Assembly (NCBI GenBank): GCA_963743525.1
Contig: CAVUQH010000002.1
Span: 128,001 to 192,000, forward strand
Length of the DNA stretch: 64,000 nucleotides
Source of the DNA: an uncultured delta proteobacterium
GTDB lineage: Bacteria > Myxococcota_A > Polyangia > Haliangiales > Haliangiaceae
Direction of reading: 5' to 3'
In this document: in pieces, positions 59,183 to 64,000 of the stretch
Layout of the letters: each line of letters opens with the position of its first letter
Position numbering within the stretch: the first letter of the stretch is position 1
Position numbers and translations under genes: made by a program
The notes under the pieces: generated by a model
Database searches by the model: none
What the model was told of the DNA's origin: nothing
The model's input: the letters and a program-made list of their open reading frames with translations, nothing else

Positions 59183-60055
59183 CTACTTGCCCTTGGTCAG
59201 GGAGTCGATGGTGTTGGCGTTGGCCTTGAGGTCCGGCTCTTTGCCGTCGTCCTTGATCGCCTCGATGATGTTGTCCTTCTTGGGACCATCGGGGGCGTTG
59301 GCCTGACGCACGGAAGCCAGATCGGCCTCGGAATCGAGGTCGGAGATCGCCAGACAGAAGGCGCCGTACAGGCCCATCTTGTTGATCGCCTGGGCGTGCA
59401 GCTTCTTCGACCGCCACTCGACGCGGCCGTTGATGTCCGCGCCGGGACCGAAGCGGCTCTCCATCAGCTGGCGGAAGTAGTCGAAGCCCTTGTCCTCGGC
59501 GCCCGCGATCGCCGACGTGTTGAGGGCGAGGAACATCTTGTACAGACGGCCGCGGAAGAAGAAGAAGAAGCGGCGCTGGTCGCGGCCCTCACTGGTCTCC
59601 CAGTGGACCATCATCGCCTCGCCGGTCTTCTGCTTGAACTGGTCGTCGATGATCGACACGTCCCAGCCGGTCTTGTGGCCTTCGAACTCGATCCACGACT
59701 TGCGGAAGCGCTTGATCTCCTTGTCGCGCTTGCGCCGCAGCTTGTCCTGCGCGTAGACGTCGTCGGTGTTGGCGATGGTCTCGGCGTAGCGTTCCTTGAT
59801 CTGCTTGCCGACGACCTTGACGACGTCGTCCTTGCTCATGCCGAACTTGAACGCGCCCATGAACGCGTGGACCGCTTTGGCCTGCTCGGCGTTCATCATC
59901 GCCGGCACCGGCTTGGCCGGCGCCTTGGCCTTCTTCTTCTTCTTGTGGTGCCGACCGGCGTCCGCCGTTCCAGCCGAGATCACCAGGATCGCCGCCAGGG
60001 CAGTGGCCATGAGGCCCCAAGTCCGCGCACCACGCATCGCTTCAACCCTCCGCAT
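59183..60055 (-). CDS. Hypothetical exported basic protein
   Basis: Signal peptide (TADA), Lys-rich linker and FKFGMS motif; strong codon bias. Confidence 0.78.
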   Translation of the reverse strand: MRRVEAMRGARTWGLMATALAAILVISAGTADAGRHHKKKKKAKAPAKPVPAMMNAEQAKAVHAFMGAFKFGMSKDDVVKVVGKQIKERYAETIANTDDVYAQDKLRRKRDKEIKRFRKSWIEFEGHKTGWDVSIIDDQFKQKTGEAMMVHWETSEGRDQRRFFFFFRGRLYKMFLALNTSAIAGAEDKGFDYFRQLMESRFGPGADINGRVEWRSKKLHAQAINKMGLYGAFCLAISDLDSEADLASVRQANAPDGPKKDNIIEAIKDDGKEPDLKANANTIDSLTKGK

Positions 60056-60150
60056 ACTGAGCTCCCGGGAGCATAGCCCCCAAAATCCGGACCTACAAGG
60101 CGCTGACGTGCGGTGGGGCGGGGAAATTCAATAAAAATCCCGCGGCGTTT

Positions 60151-63130
<2,980 letters not shown>

Positions 63131-63189
63131 GGGAGTCATCGATTGTACCCCGGGGGTGGGCGATGAAAAACGGGCGGGCGAAACGGCAG

Positions 63190-63227
63190 CGGCGCGCGAT
63201 CCGGTTTGTGCCCCGGATCGCGCGCCG
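63190..63227. terminator. Perfect 15-bp intergenic hairpin (terminator or mRNA-stabilising stem)
   Basis: CGGCGCGCGATCCGG (63190-63204) pairs with CCGGATCGCGCGCCG (63213-63227) around an 8-nt loop, just downstream of the HEAT gene; no immediate U-tract. Confidence 0.55.
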
Positions 63228-63251
63228 ATTCACGAACGCTTTGACAATGCG

Positions 63252-64000
63252 TCAGCGGAGGGCGCGCTTGGCGACCTTGGCGGTGGCCCTGACCAGCGAC
63301 GACTCATCCTCTGTCGCCTTTTGGAGTACATCCGCCGACGCCAGATCACCGATCTGGCCCAGCGCCCACGCCGCGTTGCGGCGCACGACCGGGTCGGGAT
63401 CGTTGAGCACCTGCGCCTCGAGCGCGGCGCGGCCGGCCGGGTCGCGGAACTGGCCGATGCACGCGGCGGCCTTGCGGCGCACCTGGGTGTTGGCATCGTT
63501 GACCAGCGCCACTGCCGGGGCGGCGTTCTTCTGCCCGCGGATCTCGACCCACGCCGTGACCGCCTGCAGGCGGACGTCGGCGCTGGAGTCGGACATGCCC
63601 GCGGCCAGGGTGTCGTCGGCAGTGATGTAGCCGATGGTTCCCAGCGCGAACATGATGTGCGAGCGGGCCTCGTCCGACAGGCCGCTGCGCTGATACGCGG
63701 TGGCCAGCGGAGCGATCGCCTGCGGGTGGCGGAAGGTGCCGAGGGCGTCGGCGGCATTGCGCACCTCCACCGAGTTACCGGTGGCCAGGCGCTGCAGCGA
63801 CATCTCGGTGACCTGCTTCTTCTGCGCCGGACGGCGAGCCAGCCACCAGGCCGCGACTTCGCGGACGGCGTAGCGGTCGTCGTCGAGCAGCTTCATGACC
63901 GGCGCGACGCAGGCCGGGCAGATCAGGCGCTCGGCCTGCTCCAGCTCGCCGATGATCGACTCGACGCCGCCGGTGTTGATGGCCGTCATCACCCGGCTGT
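63252..64000 (-). CDS. HEAT-repeat protein (5' end outside the window)
   Basis: Repeats VREVAAWWL, VRNAADALG, VRLQAV, VRRKAAACIG and VRRNAAWALG. Confidence 0.85.
   Translation of the reverse strand, partial: SRVMTAINTGGVESIIGELEQAERLICPACVAPVMKLLDDDRYAVREVAAWWLARRPAQKKQVTEMSLQRLATGNSVEVRNAADALGTFRHPQAIAPLATAYQRSGLSDEARSHIMFALGTIGYITADDTLAAGMSDSSADVRLQAVTAWVEIRGQKNAAPAVALVNDANTQVRRKAAACIGQFRDPAGRAALEAQVLNDPDPVVRRNAAWALGQIGDLASADVLQKATEDESSLVRATAKVAKRALR

Overview
A 64 kb, very GC-rich chromosomal window, most likely from a myxobacterium (Myxococcota). This is inferred from AgmX/PglI-type, MXAN_5187-type, TPR-cNMP and Cys-rich lipoprotein genes. It is mostly housekeeping and envelope DNA: phoH/HD-GYP/ybeY, mazG, rpsT, holA, an RNA methyltransferase, a split methylmalonyl-CoA mutase with meaB, a thiolase-hbd-crt-ACAD operon interleaved with AgmX/TonB-C-like lipoproteins, a cysteine desulfurase, serC/serA, nadD, namZ, a Ser/Thr kinase and many exported proteins. 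No rRNA, tRNA, CRISPR array, integrase or transposase was seen. The most notable observations are: (1) a compact cassette of hairpin leader, four-helix-bundle (IVP/Avd-like) gene and an abutting array of about 37 degenerate hexamers; (2) an HNH endonuclease island with related CCG-core hexamer arrays, a perfect 20-bp hairpin whose arm is reiterated, and a 20-bp direct repeat; (3) a 138-bp MITE/REPIN-like element with 25-bp terminal inverted repeats; (4) five genes each broken by exactly +1 nt at GTCGAC- or GGCGTC-derived sites, plus GTCAAC/GTTGAC at positions where GTCGAC is expected, which suggests a cytosine-methylation footprint in a long-read consensus; (5) a large HzsA-like lipoprotein with non-canonical heme-type motifs; (6) a compositionally atypical orphan gene at 54.5-56.0 kb. 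All calls come from reading the sequence by eye; no searches were run.
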